IMG/VR virus record: IMGVR_UViG_3300033062_002302
Length of the DNA: 64,000 nt
Direction: 5' to 3' (one strand)
From: a virus
Lineage: Duplodnaviria; Caudoviricetes
Under the pieces are notes generated by a model. It searched no databases and was not told the DNA's origin. It saw nothing but the letters and a program-made list of their open reading frames with translations. The position numbers were made by a program, and so were the translations under genes. Below, piece after piece: positions 30,886 through 40,390 of the stretch. The number at the start of each line of letters is the position of its first letter. Position 1 is the stretch's first letter.

Positions 30886-31017
30886 ATGAATGACGAAGAA
30901 TCTAAGATTAAAATAAATAACATTATCCAAATATTGGAATTTATTTTATTATTAGAAGATGAAGAGATTACAAAATCTTCAATCGAATCCGTTATTGAAA
31001 TGTTAAAAGAAATTTAA
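30886..31017 (+). CDS. small hypothetical protein (43 aa, not in ORF track)
   Basis: MNDEESKIKINN..LKEI* fills the gap between the FmdB gene and the terminator. Confidence 0.5.
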   Translation: MNDEESKIKINNIIQILEFILLLEDEEITKSSIESVIEMLKEI

Positions 31018-31031
31018 AGATATTTTGTGAT

Positions 31032-31071
31032 TGAAAATCAAGGCTTTAACCAGGCTTTGATTTTCATTTTT
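31032..31071 (+). terminator. rho-independent terminator
   Basis: 13-bp stem TGAAAATCAAGGC/GCTTTGATTTTCA followed by a T tract. Confidence 0.8.
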
Positions 31072-31136
31072 ATTTATTTTGTCAATATTTGAGTATATCA
31101 TCTCAAGCATCGAATTGAAAAATAATATCGAAGGTA

Positions 31137-31165
31137 TTGACGAACGCTCCGAGAAGAATTATATT
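31137..31165 (+). promoter_or_regulatory. sigma70-type promoter for phage sigma gene
   Basis: TTGACG-17 nt-TATATT. Confidence 0.75.
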
Positions 31166-31214
31166 CGTCATATGAGGCGGAAATCTATCCTTCCTCCAAG
31201 AAGAAAGACCTATA

Positions 31215-31844
31215 ATGATCCAAGAAAAAGAAGCTCAAGATTTAATGGAAAAATTCATCAGCCTTCGTACTACCGCTGAAGAAACTAAAAACGAATCCGA
31301 TATTGTTGCTCTCAAAAAGCACGAAGCAATTTGTATGAAAAAGTTTAGCTATCTCGTTACGATGAAAACGAATCGATATAAATCTTTTGCTAATTATGAT
31401 GATTTAAATCAAGAAGGTTTTGAAGCTTTAATTATGTCAATGAAGAATTATAATCCTAAGAAGGGTATTTTCTTTTGGTGGGCTCATAAATATATTGATA
31501 CCAGAATTTCTCGTTCTGCTAATCTTCATACGACCATTCGTTATCCATTACGTGTTGCGCGCGAAGTGACGCCGCATAAAGAGTCCGTTATGCCATTGCA
31601 GATTGAAACAGTTCGATGTCCTGATTTAGAATTTGAAAATAAAGAGATTGGAATAATGGTAGAGAAAGGATTGTCTTCGTTATCCCAGGACCAAGAGAAG
31701 GTCATGACGATGATATATGGTTTGGACCAGGAAAAGCCTATCTCGATTAATAAAGTTTGTCAGCGATTGGGGATGACCCGATTGAATTGTGTAAAATTAG
31801 TTGATAGTGCTTTGTCTCATCTCAAAGACCACGTTAAATTATAA
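31215..31844 (+). CDS. RNA polymerase sigma-70 family factor
   Basis: Region 2 YDDLNQEG..L....YNPKKG.F; region 4 HTH; 209 aa. Confidence 0.85.
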   Translation: MIQEKEAQDLMEKFISLRTTAEETKNESDIVALKKHEAICMKKFSYLVTMKTNRYKSFANYDDLNQEGFEALIMSMKNYNPKKGIFFWWAHKYIDTRISRSANLHTTIRYPLRVAREVTPHKESVMPLQIETVRCPDLEFENKEIGIMVEKGLSSLSQDQEKVMTMIYGLDQEKPISINKVCQRLGMTRLNCVKLVDSALSHLKDHVKL

Positions 31845-31853
31845 GGATTATTA

Positions 31854-32828
31854 ATGTCATTACTGACCCCGCGCGCGACGTATGCTCCGTTTGAATATGA
31901 GCAAGCTTATAAATATTGGGAATTGCAACAGCAAAGCCATTGGTTACACAATGAAATTCAGATGGCTTCCGATATTAATGATTGGAAGATGATTCTCTCT
32001 GACACTGAGAAGCATGTTATAGGACATATCCTAAAAGGATTTACTCAATCTGAAATTTTTATTCAAGAATATTGGAGTCAGATGGTTTCTAAATGGTTCA
32101 AAAAGCCTGAGATCCAGATGATGTCTGCCGCTTTTTCTAGCATGGAATCTATTCATGCTGTTGCTTATGCTTATTTAAATCAATCATTAGGATTAGAAGA
32201 TTTCGATGCGTTTCTGCACGAACCTACGGCTAAAGCAAAAATTGATCGGTTAATTTCAACAAAAGGCAAGACTAAAGAAGAGATTGCTAGGAGCCTTGCC
32301 ATTTTTTCTGCTTTTAATGAAGGTGTTAATTTATTCTCTTCATTTGCTATTCTTCTTAACTTTTCAAGATTCAATAAATTAAAAGGTGTTGGTCAGATTA
32401 TTGCTTTTTCAATCAAGGACGAATCGCTACATTCTGATGCCGGATGTTGGCTATTTAGAACATTAGTTTCAGAGTTTCCAGAAATCATGACTGATGAATT
32501 AAAAGAGCAGTTATATGATGCAGCTCGTTTGACTGTTGAATTAGAAGATGCTTTCATTTCAAAAGCATTTGAGCTTGGTCCAATTGAAGGAATTGATCTT
32601 CAAGATCTTAAGGCTTTTATTAGATTTAGAACTAATACTAAACTTGGAGATATTGGATTAAAGAAGATCTATAAAAACATAGATAAAAAAGCGCTCGAAA
32701 GAATGGAATGGTTTTCTGTTTTAAGCTCTGGCGTTTCCCACGTTGATTTTTTTGCAAGTAGAAATTCCCAATACAGTAAAGGCGTTACTGATTTTAGCAA
32801 TATTTGGGATGATGAAGAGACTAAATAA
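31854..32828 (+). CDS. nrdB: ribonucleotide reductase class I beta subunit
   Basis: ESIH..AY, EG..LFSSF, DESLH and DFFA.R..QY motifs. Confidence 0.95.
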   Translation: MSLLTPRATYAPFEYEQAYKYWELQQQSHWLHNEIQMASDINDWKMILSDTEKHVIGHILKGFTQSEIFIQEYWSQMVSKWFKKPEIQMMSAAFSSMESIHAVAYAYLNQSLGLEDFDAFLHEPTAKAKIDRLISTKGKTKEEIARSLAIFSAFNEGVNLFSSFAILLNFSRFNKLKGVGQIIAFSIKDESLHSDAGCWLFRTLVSEFPEIMTDELKEQLYDAARLTVELEDAFISKAFELGPIEGIDLQDLKAFIRFRTNTKLGDIGLKKIYKNIDKKALERMEWFSVLSSGVSHVDFFASRNSQYSKGVTDFSNIWDDEETK

Positions 32829-32847
32829 TATTTAATAGAGAGAATTT

Positions 32848-35571
32848 ATGACTGACAAATTAGAAGAACTTAAAATTAATGGTGAAGCTCCTGAATGGAT
32901 GAAAGATGAAGGATATACTACATTATGTGGCGGATATCTTCTTCCTAATGAAACTCCCAAGGGTATGTATAGAAGAGTTGCTAAAGCAGCAGCAAGCTAT
33001 TATTCTCCCGAAGCTAAATATGAGGAAAAATTTTTCCATATATTATGGAATAATTGGCTTTGCTTAGCATCTCCTATTGCGGCAAATTTAGGTTCAGACA
33101 GAGCGCTCCCAGTGTCGTGTAATAGTCTACATTTACAGGATTCTATTGACTCTATTTTTATGAAAAATCATGAATTAGCCATTCTTTCTAAAAATGGAGC
33201 TGGTGTTGGAATATTCTTTGGAGATTTAAGATCAAGAGGTAAAGATATTAAAGGTAATGGTAAGGCTGAAGGCGTAGTACCGTGGGCTAAGGTAATGGAT
33301 AGTTCTATTGTGGCAGTTTCACAAGGAAGTCAACGTAAAGGCGCCGCAGCGATCTACCTTCCAGTAGAGCATGGAGACATAGAAGAGTTTCTTAATATTC
33401 GAAGGCAAACTGGCGATATGAATCGTCGATGTTTAAATATTAATATTGGAGTTACTATTACAGATGCATGGATGGAATCTATGCTGGCAGGCGATAAAAA
33501 TAAACGTAAAATTTGGGAATCAATTTTAACTGAAAGAGTTGAGACCGGAGAGCCTTATATATTCTTTTCTGATAACGTTAATAAAAATAATCCTGAATGT
33601 TATAAACAAAATAATTTAAAAGTATCCACAAGTAATATTTGTTGTCTTTCTGGAGACACACTAATTGCTACTAAAAATGGTCCTAAAAAAATCAGTTCTT
33701 TAATAGATCAGACTGTTGAAATTTATGATGGTAAAAAATGGGTTGAAAATTCTAGTTTTAAACTCCGTGGCTATGATTCTTTAACGAGAATTCATTTGGC
33801 AGATGGATCTTTTGTTGATTCTAATGATAAACATAGATGGTTCATTTCAAAAAATTACACTGATATCAGGAATAATAAATTTCACGAAACTCTTACAAAA
33901 GATCTTGAAATAGGAAATTATGTTGAATTTCATAAACAAGAATCGCATGGGAATATAGCTGCTGAAGCTGCCTATGCCAAAGGGTTCTTGATTGGTGATG
34001 GAACAAGCAGCGAAACGAATACATTATTAAATTTACATTTTACAAAATTTATGTGCGAAGAAGAAATCATTTCTTCCGTTTTAGAAATTAATCCAAGCAA
34101 AGCTAATACAAATGCCAACATCAAAGTTGCATTTAGTGACATTATAGATAACACAGGCTCAAAAGGATCTTATGGGAAACAAATTTTTAAACGATTAAAA
34201 GGTTTGTCTCTTCGAAAATCACTTCATCCATGGTCAAGAGAATATAAAAAATCTTTGCCAGATGAAGTTCGTAATTGGAACAGGAAATCAAAAATAAAAT
34301 TCCTGTCAGGTCTATTAGACGCAGATGGGACTGTATGTAAAAATACAATTCAAATTACAAGTATATATGAACAATTTATTTTAGATTTAGGAAGCATGTT
34401 AAAAACATGTGCTATCACTTATAGCATGGATAAATCTAATCTAAAATATAGAATAACTATTTCAGCTAATGATACTGTAAAATTAAAAGATGAACTCTCA
34501 TGCAAGAGGCTTAATTTTGAAAATTGTAAAAAGCCTAATAGATTTCTAACTACTTTTAGAAAAATAGTTAAAATAGAAAAATTAGAGGGAGTTCATCCGG
34601 TTTATTGTCCAACAGTTCCTTCTACTGGAAAATTTGCTTTAGCTAATGGGTTGATGACTGGCAATAGCGAGATAACCTTATATACAGATCCAGATCATAC
34701 TTTTGTTTGTTGTTTATCTTCATTAAATCTTGTTCGTTGGGATGAATGGAAAGATACTGATACTGTTAATTTGGCAGTTAGATTTTTAGATGCAGTTCTG
34801 TCCGAATATATTCAAAAGACAGAAAATATGACGGGGATGGAGGCGGCACGCCGTTCTGCTATTAAAGGGCGAGCTATTGGAATTGGAGTTCTTGGCTGGC
34901 ACACTCTTCTTCAGGAACAAATGCTTCCAATGGATTCTTTTGAAGTAATGCAGTTGAATGCTGAAATCTTTAAAAGTATTGATAAAAAATCTCTTGAGGA
35001 AAGCAAAGTCCTAGCTCAGGAACTAGGGGAGCCAGAATGGTGTAAAGGTTTCGGAATTCGAAATACTCATCGAATCGCTTGCGCTCCAACGGTCTCTAAC
35101 TCTACCATCTCTGGTGGTTATTCTGCCGGAATTGAACCTATTGCGGCTAATATTGTCGCCATTAAATCTGCTAAGGGAACTTTTATTAGAAAAAATCCAA
35201 CGCTTGAAAGACTTTTGGAGTCCAAAGGATTCAATACGATTGAAGTTTGGCAATCTATTAATGAACAGAGTGGTGGAGTCCAACACTTGAAATTCTTATC
35301 TGATTTAGAAAAAGAAGTTTTCTTAACGGCTCGGGAAATTAATCAACATGTATTAATTAAACTCGGCGCCCAACGGCAAAAATGGATTGATCAAGCTCAA
35401 TCTCTAAACCTCTTCTTTGCATCCAATTCTAGCGCAAAGTACATTCATGACGTTCACATTGCGGCTTGGAAGAGCGGCTTGAAAACACTATATTACTTAC
35501 GATCTGAAGGCGTTCTCAAGGGCGATATGGCATCTCGTGGAGAAAACGAGTGTAAGGCTTGTGAAGGATAA
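32848..35571 (+). CDS. nrdA: ribonucleotide reductase class I alpha subunit containing an intein
   Basis: SC, GxGVG, TGEPY, SNIC|SEI, CCLSS, APT, QAQSLN, GLKTLYY and C-terminal CKACEG; spliced length 566 aa, no ATP cone. Confidence 0.95.
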   Translation: MTDKLEELKINGEAPEWMKDEGYTTLCGGYLLPNETPKGMYRRVAKAAASYYSPEAKYEEKFFHILWNNWLCLASPIAANLGSDRALPVSCNSLHLQDSIDSIFMKNHELAILSKNGAGVGIFFGDLRSRGKDIKGNGKAEGVVPWAKVMDSSIVAVSQGSQRKGAAAIYLPVEHGDIEEFLNIRRQTGDMNRRCLNINIGVTITDAWMESMLAGDKNKRKIWESILTERVETGEPYIFFSDNVNKNNPECYKQNNLKVSTSNICCLSGDTLIATKNGPKKISSLIDQTVEIYDGKKWVENSSFKLRGYDSLTRIHLADGSFVDSNDKHRWFISKNYTDIRNNKFHETLTKDLEIGNYVEFHKQESHGNIAAEAAYAKGFLIGDGTSSETNTLLNLHFTKFMCEEEIISSVLEINPSKANTNANIKVAFSDIIDNTGSKGSYGKQIFKRLKGLSLRKSLHPWSREYKKSLPDEVRNWNRKSKIKFLSGLLDADGTVCKNTIQITSIYEQFILDLGSMLKTCAITYSMDKSNLKYRITISANDTVKLKDELSCKRLNFENCKKPNRFLTTFRKIVKIEKLEGVHPVYCPTVPSTGKFALANGLMTGNSEITLYTDPDHTFVCCLSSLNLVRWDEWKDTDTVNLAVRFLDAVLSEYIQKTENMTGMEAARRSAIKGRAIGIGVLGWHTLLQEQMLPMDSFEVMQLNAEIFKSIDKKSLEESKVLAQELGEPEWCKGFGIRNTHRIACAPTVSNSTISGGYSAGIEPIAANIVAIKSAKGTFIRKNPTLERLLESKGFNTIEVWQSINEQSGGVQHLKFLSDLEKEVFLTAREINQHVLIKLGAQRQKWIDQAQSLNLFFASNSSAKYIHDVHIAAWKSGLKTLYYLRSEGVLKGDMASRGENECKACEG
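33643..34665 (+). mobile_element. intein with LAGLIDADG endonuclease in NrdA (341 aa)
   Basis: Starts CLSGDT; GFLIGDG and GLLDADG motifs; ends TGN followed by Ser; removal restores N-I-C-S-E. Confidence 0.92.
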
Positions 35572-35595
35572 TATCAATAATCAGATATTTGGTAT

Positions 35596-35961
35596 ATGCG
35601 TAGCATAATTCTTTTGAATTCCAATGAAAATACGGCGAGAGTCGAAGAGGAAGAAAAGACCCGATTTGTTCGGGATGTTTTAAGCTCTATTGGTCTCCCA
35701 ATCGAAGAATTATGGGAAGAAGACGGAAGCCTCTCAATTGAGAATAAATCAAAATTGAGAGAAGTTCTGTCAACTTATGGCGTTCAGGTTATAGATCATT
35801 ATGATGGTGAGATTCAAATCTACATGAATAGTGATTTAATCGGAGAATGGAAGAAATCCGAATATATTTTGAAAAAGGATCTTGCAGAATTAGATCCAAA
35901 AAAGAAATTATTCTTAGAAATGCATACAAATTGCTGGAGCATATTTGAATCGAATGATTGA
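35596..35961 (+). CDS. hypothetical protein
   Basis: 121-aa ORF in operon context. Confidence 0.6.
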   Translation: MRSIILLNSNENTARVEEEEKTRFVRDVLSSIGLPIEELWEEDGSLSIENKSKLREVLSTYGVQVIDHYDGEIQIYMNSDLIGEWKKSEYILKKDLAELDPKKKLFLEMHTNCWSIFESND

Positions 35962-36057
35962 GAAAATAATATTTCTCTCATTATTAAACATTAATACATC
36001 CTTAATGAAAGGATTATTAAGACTGTAATATTGCCTCCTTATTTGGAAAAATAATAA

Positions 36058-38571
36058 ATGAAAAAATACATATTAGATACTTCTGCATTGATCACCGATC
36101 CTGCCATCTTTAAGAGTTTAGATAAAGATTCCGAAGTCATTCTTCCAATTGCTGTCTTAGAAGAGTTGGATAAATTAAAAAAAGCTCAAGGAGAAGTCGG
36201 AAAAAATGCACGAGTCTGCATTAGACTCCTCGATGAATTATCTAACCAAGGCGATATTACTTCTGGAATTGAAGTTAATGGTTTAACTGTTAAAATAGAT
36301 TCTAATAGCTACCCAAATACTTTTGGGGATAAATTATATGGAGACACTCGGATTTTATCTTGCGCCAATGCTATTTTCTTAGCAGGCGATGCAGAAGTTA
36401 TTTTCGTTAGCAATGATATTAATCTTAGAGTCCGCGCTAAAGCGGTTGGAATGGTTGCTGTTGGTCATGAAAAGACTTCGGGAACATCAGACGAGCTATA
36501 TTCGGGAATGAAGACGGTTGTTGATCCGGAGGCTGGAATTGATTTATTAAATCAAAAAACAATTGATCCTCGTTCTTACAATTTAGAATTGCACCCTAAT
36601 GAGTTCGTTGTTTTTACGGATGAAGATGAAAATATAGTTTCAATGGGAAGATTGAATGAGGATGGAGTTGTTAAAGTAGTTGGAAAGAATTTTCCATGGG
36701 GCTTGTCTGCTCGAAACAAAGAACAGCGTGCTGCGATTGATTTAATATTGGATCCGTCAGTAGCGCTGGTTACATTGGTCGGGTCAGCTGGAACCGGGAA
36801 ATCATTGATTGCCTTGGCGAGCGCGATTGAGTTGGTTATTGATCGTGAACAGTATGAGAAGTTAGTTATATATAAGCCAATGGAGTCGGTTGGTCAGGAA
36901 ATAGGATTTTTGCCTGGACCACAGCCGCTAGATGCTAAGATAGTTACTCCTGATGGATGGACCACAATGGGGTCTCTAAAGACGGGCGATCTAGTTATTT
37001 CTAGGGATGGTAAGCCTACTCAGGTAACTGGAATTTTTCCAAAGGGAACAAAATCCGTATATAAGGTAACAACTACAGACGGAACTTCTACAGAATGCTG
37101 CGAAGATCATTTGTGGTATACTCAGACTTTTGAAAATAAAAAAAGAAATAAGCCTGGTTCAGTCAAATCGACAAAAGAAATAATGGAATCTTTAAAAAAT
37201 AAAGATGGTAAAATAAATCATTACTTACCAAGAAATGAAGCTGTTCATTATTCTAAAAAAGATGTTGCAATTCCACCTTATGTTTTAGGAGCTATATTAG
37301 GCGATGGGTCAATATCTGATTATATTAATATATCTAATACCGATTTAGAACTTATTGGTAGAGTTTCAAAAGAAGTTGAACAATTAAATTGCTCGCTTAC
37401 AAATAGTGGAAAAAATATAGCTTACTCTTTTAGATCAAAACTTTACAATAATAAAACGGCAAGACCTGTTAAAGTGACTAATTTGATAGATAATTCAAGC
37501 GTTATTTATAACTCTATTGGCTTAGCTAGTAAAGCTTTTCCTTCAATAAATAGAAAAAGTTTGAATTTTTATTGCAATGAAGGTCCAAGCATAAATAATT
37601 TAAAATTTGAATTTATGCCTCTAAAAAATAGATGGCAAAATCCGATTAAAGAAGAGCTTTATAAACTTGGATTAAGTGGGACCAAAGCTTGGACAAAATT
37701 TATTCCTGATGATTATAAATACAATTCTATTGAAAATAGAATTGCCTTACTTCAAGGTTTAATGGATACTGATGGTACCATTAAAAAAAGAGGCGAAGCT
37801 ACGTATTGTACAACATCTAAACGGTTAGCTGAAGACATTATAGAATTGGTTCGTTCTCTTGGGGGACGAGCAACGATTAGCGAAAGAAATCGTATTGGAG
37901 AAGAGAGCATTATTAATGGCAGACCTATCATTAAACGAAAAATATCTTATGAGTTTACTGTTAGTTTGCCGGCTCATATAAATCCATTTTTCATTAGCAG
38001 AAAAGCCTCTAGACATAGTTGTGCTTTTATGCATCGTGTTGCAATTAAAAATATTGAATATGTTGGGGAAAAAGAAGTTCAGTGTATTAGAGTTGATAAT
38101 CCCGAACATTTATATTTAACTGATAATTTTATAGTAACTCATAATACAGAATCTGAAAAGCTGTCTCCATGGTTTCAATCTATTATGGATAGTTTTGAAT
38201 TTTTATTCACGATGTCTAATGGTGATAAGTGGAGAAATAATTTCGAAGCGGTTCAGAGAAAAGATCGGATTCAAATGAACGCTATTACTTTTATTCGCGG
38301 AAGAAACATTCCAGATTCAATTATTCTAATAGATGAAATTCAAAACTTAACGCGAGAAGAAGTCAAAACGATCTTAACTCGTGCTGGTGAAGGAACCAAA
38401 ATCATTTGCACTGGTGATATTGAGCAAATTGACAACAAGCATTTAGATGCCATGAACAATGGTTTAACTTATATCATTGATAAGTTTAAGGACTCTGAGT
38501 TAGCTGGGCATGTCACTTTGACTCAAGGCGAGAGAAGCGCTTTGGCAACTGAAGCTGCGCGTATTCTTTAA
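36058..38571 (+). CDS. phoH: PIN-PhoH (PhoH2-like) protein containing an intein
   Basis: PIN motifs LDTS, VLEELD and SNDINLR; PhoH motifs GSAGTGKS, GFLPG|T, RGR, DEIQN, TR.GEG, GD.EQ.D and ERS. Confidence 0.92.
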   Translation: MKKYILDTSALITDPAIFKSLDKDSEVILPIAVLEELDKLKKAQGEVGKNARVCIRLLDELSNQGDITSGIEVNGLTVKIDSNSYPNTFGDKLYGDTRILSCANAIFLAGDAEVIFVSNDINLRVRAKAVGMVAVGHEKTSGTSDELYSGMKTVVDPEAGIDLLNQKTIDPRSYNLELHPNEFVVFTDEDENIVSMGRLNEDGVVKVVGKNFPWGLSARNKEQRAAIDLILDPSVALVTLVGSAGTGKSLIALASAIELVIDREQYEKLVIYKPMESVGQEIGFLPGPQPLDAKIVTPDGWTTMGSLKTGDLVISRDGKPTQVTGIFPKGTKSVYKVTTTDGTSTECCEDHLWYTQTFENKKRNKPGSVKSTKEIMESLKNKDGKINHYLPRNEAVHYSKKDVAIPPYVLGAILGDGSISDYINISNTDLELIGRVSKEVEQLNCSLTNSGKNIAYSFRSKLYNNKTARPVKVTNLIDNSSVIYNSIGLASKAFPSINRKSLNFYCNEGPSINNLKFEFMPLKNRWQNPIKEELYKLGLSGTKAWTKFIPDDYKYNSIENRIALLQGLMDTDGTIKKRGEATYCTTSKRLAEDIIELVRSLGGRATISERNRIGEESIINGRPIIKRKISYEFTVSLPAHINPFFISRKASRHSCAFMHRVAIKNIEYVGEKEVQCIRVDNPEHLYLTDNFIVTHNTESEKLSPWFQSIMDSFEFLFTMSNGDKWRNNFEAVQRKDRIQMNAITFIRGRNIPDSIILIDEIQNLTREEVKTILTRAGEGTKIICTGDIEQIDNKHLDAMNNGLTYIIDKFKDSELAGHVTLTQGERSALATEAARIL
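36919..38145 (+). mobile_element. class 3 intein with LAGLIDADG endonuclease in PhoH (409 aa)
   Basis: Starts with Pro (PQPLDA); WCT triad HLW / VQCI / VTHN; GAILGDG and GLMDTDG motifs; +1 Thr. Confidence 0.88.
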
Positions 38572-38590
38572 AATAGAAAATAATTTTATT

Positions 38591-38782
38591 ATGACCCCTC
38601 AATTATTCATTGATATTAATGGGGCTAGATTGTATTATCTAAAAGGTCACTATCATAGATTAGATGGACCCGCTATTGAATATTCTAATGGAGAAAAATA
38701 TTGGTATTTTCATGGTAAACGTATAGATTGTGATTCTCAAGAAGAATTCGAAGAGACTATTAAGCTAACTATGTTTTGGTGA
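38591..38782 (+). CDS. HRxDGPA-repeat protein (1 repeat, ends TMFW)
   Basis: HRLDGPAIE; conserved family C-terminus. Confidence 0.8.
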   Translation: MTPQLFIDINGARLYYLKGHYHRLDGPAIEYSNGEKYWYFHGKRIDCDSQEEFEETIKLTMFW

Positions 38783-38787
38783 TTGTT

Positions 38788-38994
38788 ATGAGAAATGGAT
38801 TGGTTGAAGGTTTTATTGGGACTTTTGAGGTTAAAAGATATTATTTAAATGATCTTCTCCATAGAGAAGATGGTCCAGCTATAGAATTTACTGGTGGATC
38901 TAAATATTGGTATTTTCATGGAAAATATATAGACTGTAATTCTCAAGAAGAGTTTCTAGCTATAATTAATCCTAAACTCGCTATGTTTTGGTAG
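38788..38994 (+). CDS. HRxDGPA-repeat protein (1 repeat)
   Basis: HREDGPAIE; start moved to the ATG 5 nt after the upstream stop. Confidence 0.8.
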   Translation: MRNGLVEGFIGTFEVKRYYLNDLLHREDGPAIEFTGGSKYWYFHGKYIDCNSQEEFLAIINPKLAMFW

Positions 38995-38999
38995 TTGAT

Positions 39000-39260
39000 A
39001 TGAAAAATGGTTTTATTATTACTAAACGTGGAACTAAATGTCATTATTTAAATGATAAATTCCATAGAGATGATGGTCCGGCTGTTGAATATGCTGATGG
39101 GTCTAAATGTTGGTGCCAAAATGGTAAATATCATCGAGAAGATGGTCCTGCCATTGAATGGAATGATGGAGTTAAAGAGTGGTATTTTCATGGCAAAGAA
39201 ATAAATTGTAAATCTCAAAAAGAATTTGAAGAATATATTAAGTTAGCTATGTTTTGGTAA
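39000..39260 (+). CDS. HRxDGPA-repeat protein (2 repeats)
   Basis: Two repeats; ATG 5 nt after the upstream stop. Confidence 0.8.
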   Translation: MKNGFIITKRGTKCHYLNDKFHRDDGPAVEYADGSKCWCQNGKYHREDGPAIEWNDGVKEWYFHGKEINCKSQKEFEEYIKLAMFW

Positions 39261-39265
39261 TTGAT

Positions 39266-39586
39266 ATGAAGAATAAGCCGCAGATAGATTCATTTGGCAC
39301 TAAAAGATATTATTTAAATAGCCGCCTTCATAGATTAGACGGTCCTGCCATCATATATAAGGATGGATATAAAGGGTGGTATCAACATGGTTTACTTCAC
39401 AGACTAGATGGTCCTGCCGTTGAATCCAGCAATGGAGATAAACTTTGGTATCAAAATAGTGAACTTCATCGACTTGACGGTCCCGCCATTGAACGTGTTA
39501 ATGGAGATAAACATTATTATTTTCATAATAAATATATAAAGTGTTCTTCTCAAGAAGAATTTAAGATATCAATTATTTTTGGTTAA
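39266..39586 (+). CDS. HRxDGPA-repeat protein (3 repeats, shortened C-tail IIFG)
   Basis: Three HRLDGPA repeats. Confidence 0.8.
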   Translation: MKNKPQIDSFGTKRYYLNSRLHRLDGPAIIYKDGYKGWYQHGLLHRLDGPAVESSNGDKLWYQNSELHRLDGPAIERVNGDKHYYFHNKYIKCSSQEEFKISIIFG

Positions 39587-39643
39587 AATTATTTATTAAA
39601 ATAAATCTTGGGGTATATCTCTCCTCAAAGGAGATCTCATATA

Positions 39644-39994
39644 ATGAGCGACCGAGCAGATAATGTTGACGAAATGTACGAAGAAGTTCCCGAAGAGAAT
39701 CAAAAAATATTTGAATTACCTCATTCAAACAATGAATCAAAACGCCTTTTAGAATCTAAAGAGACTTCAAATCATTTGTCTTTAAAAGACAAATATCTTT
39801 TAGATGTTGCTAAGCTAAATCGCAGGATCTCTTTGCTTCAAGCTGAAAAAGCTTTAGCTGAGCACACTGCCGCCGAAGCAAATTTCAAATACTCTATACT
39901 TCAGCTTTATATGAAATATGGCTTGACGGAAGCTGACGCTATTGATGATGACGGTCAAATTCACAAAAATGTTAAACCAGCAAATAAAGAATAA
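39644..39994 (+). CDS. hypothetical coiled-coil protein
   Basis: ATG 39644 preceded by AAGGAG. Confidence 0.6.
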   Translation: MSDRADNVDEMYEEVPEENQKIFELPHSNNESKRLLESKETSNHLSLKDKYLLDVAKLNRRISLLQAEKALAEHTAAEANFKYSILQLYMKYGLTEADAIDDDGQIHKNVKPANKE

Positions 39995-40009
39995 AGAATA
40001 AAGGAAATA

Positions 40010-40390
40010 ATGAAGAAAAAATCATCCGTAGAATTACAGCAAGACAAAGTTTCTATGCCAGCTGTAGTTAAAGATCCGCTAGAGCCAACCAGTATCTTTT
40101 CTGAATTAAAAGAAGAAGACACTCCTCGCAACCAAGAAGTTTTTGAGCGAGAGTTATTCGGGAAAATCGCTAGTTTAATTCAAATTCGACAATTCCTCCA
40201 AGAATCCCAGAATAATTATAATATCGCTAAAAAAGAAATTGGCGAGCTGCAAGGAATGCTTATCTTAATGGATCGGTACATCGCTAATCAAATCCTTTCT
40301 GCGCCTTTTAAAGAAGTTTTGAAGTTTGATCAGGCTAAAGCGGCAACGGCAGATGTTCGTAAAATGAATAACATTAAATCTGGACTCTAA
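40010..40390 (+). CDS. hypothetical protein
   Basis: SD AAGGA; TAATG-coupled to map. Confidence 0.6.
   Translation: MKKKSSVELQQDKVSMPAVVKDPLEPTSIFSELKEEDTPRNQEVFERELFGKIASLIQIRQFLQESQNNYNIAKKEIGELQGMLILMDRYIANQILSAPFKEVLKFDQAKAATADVRKMNNIKSGL

Noticed and set aside
31079-31279. 66-aa ORF upstream of sigma
   Set aside because: TTG start without SD; overlaps the promoter and the sigma gene in another frame
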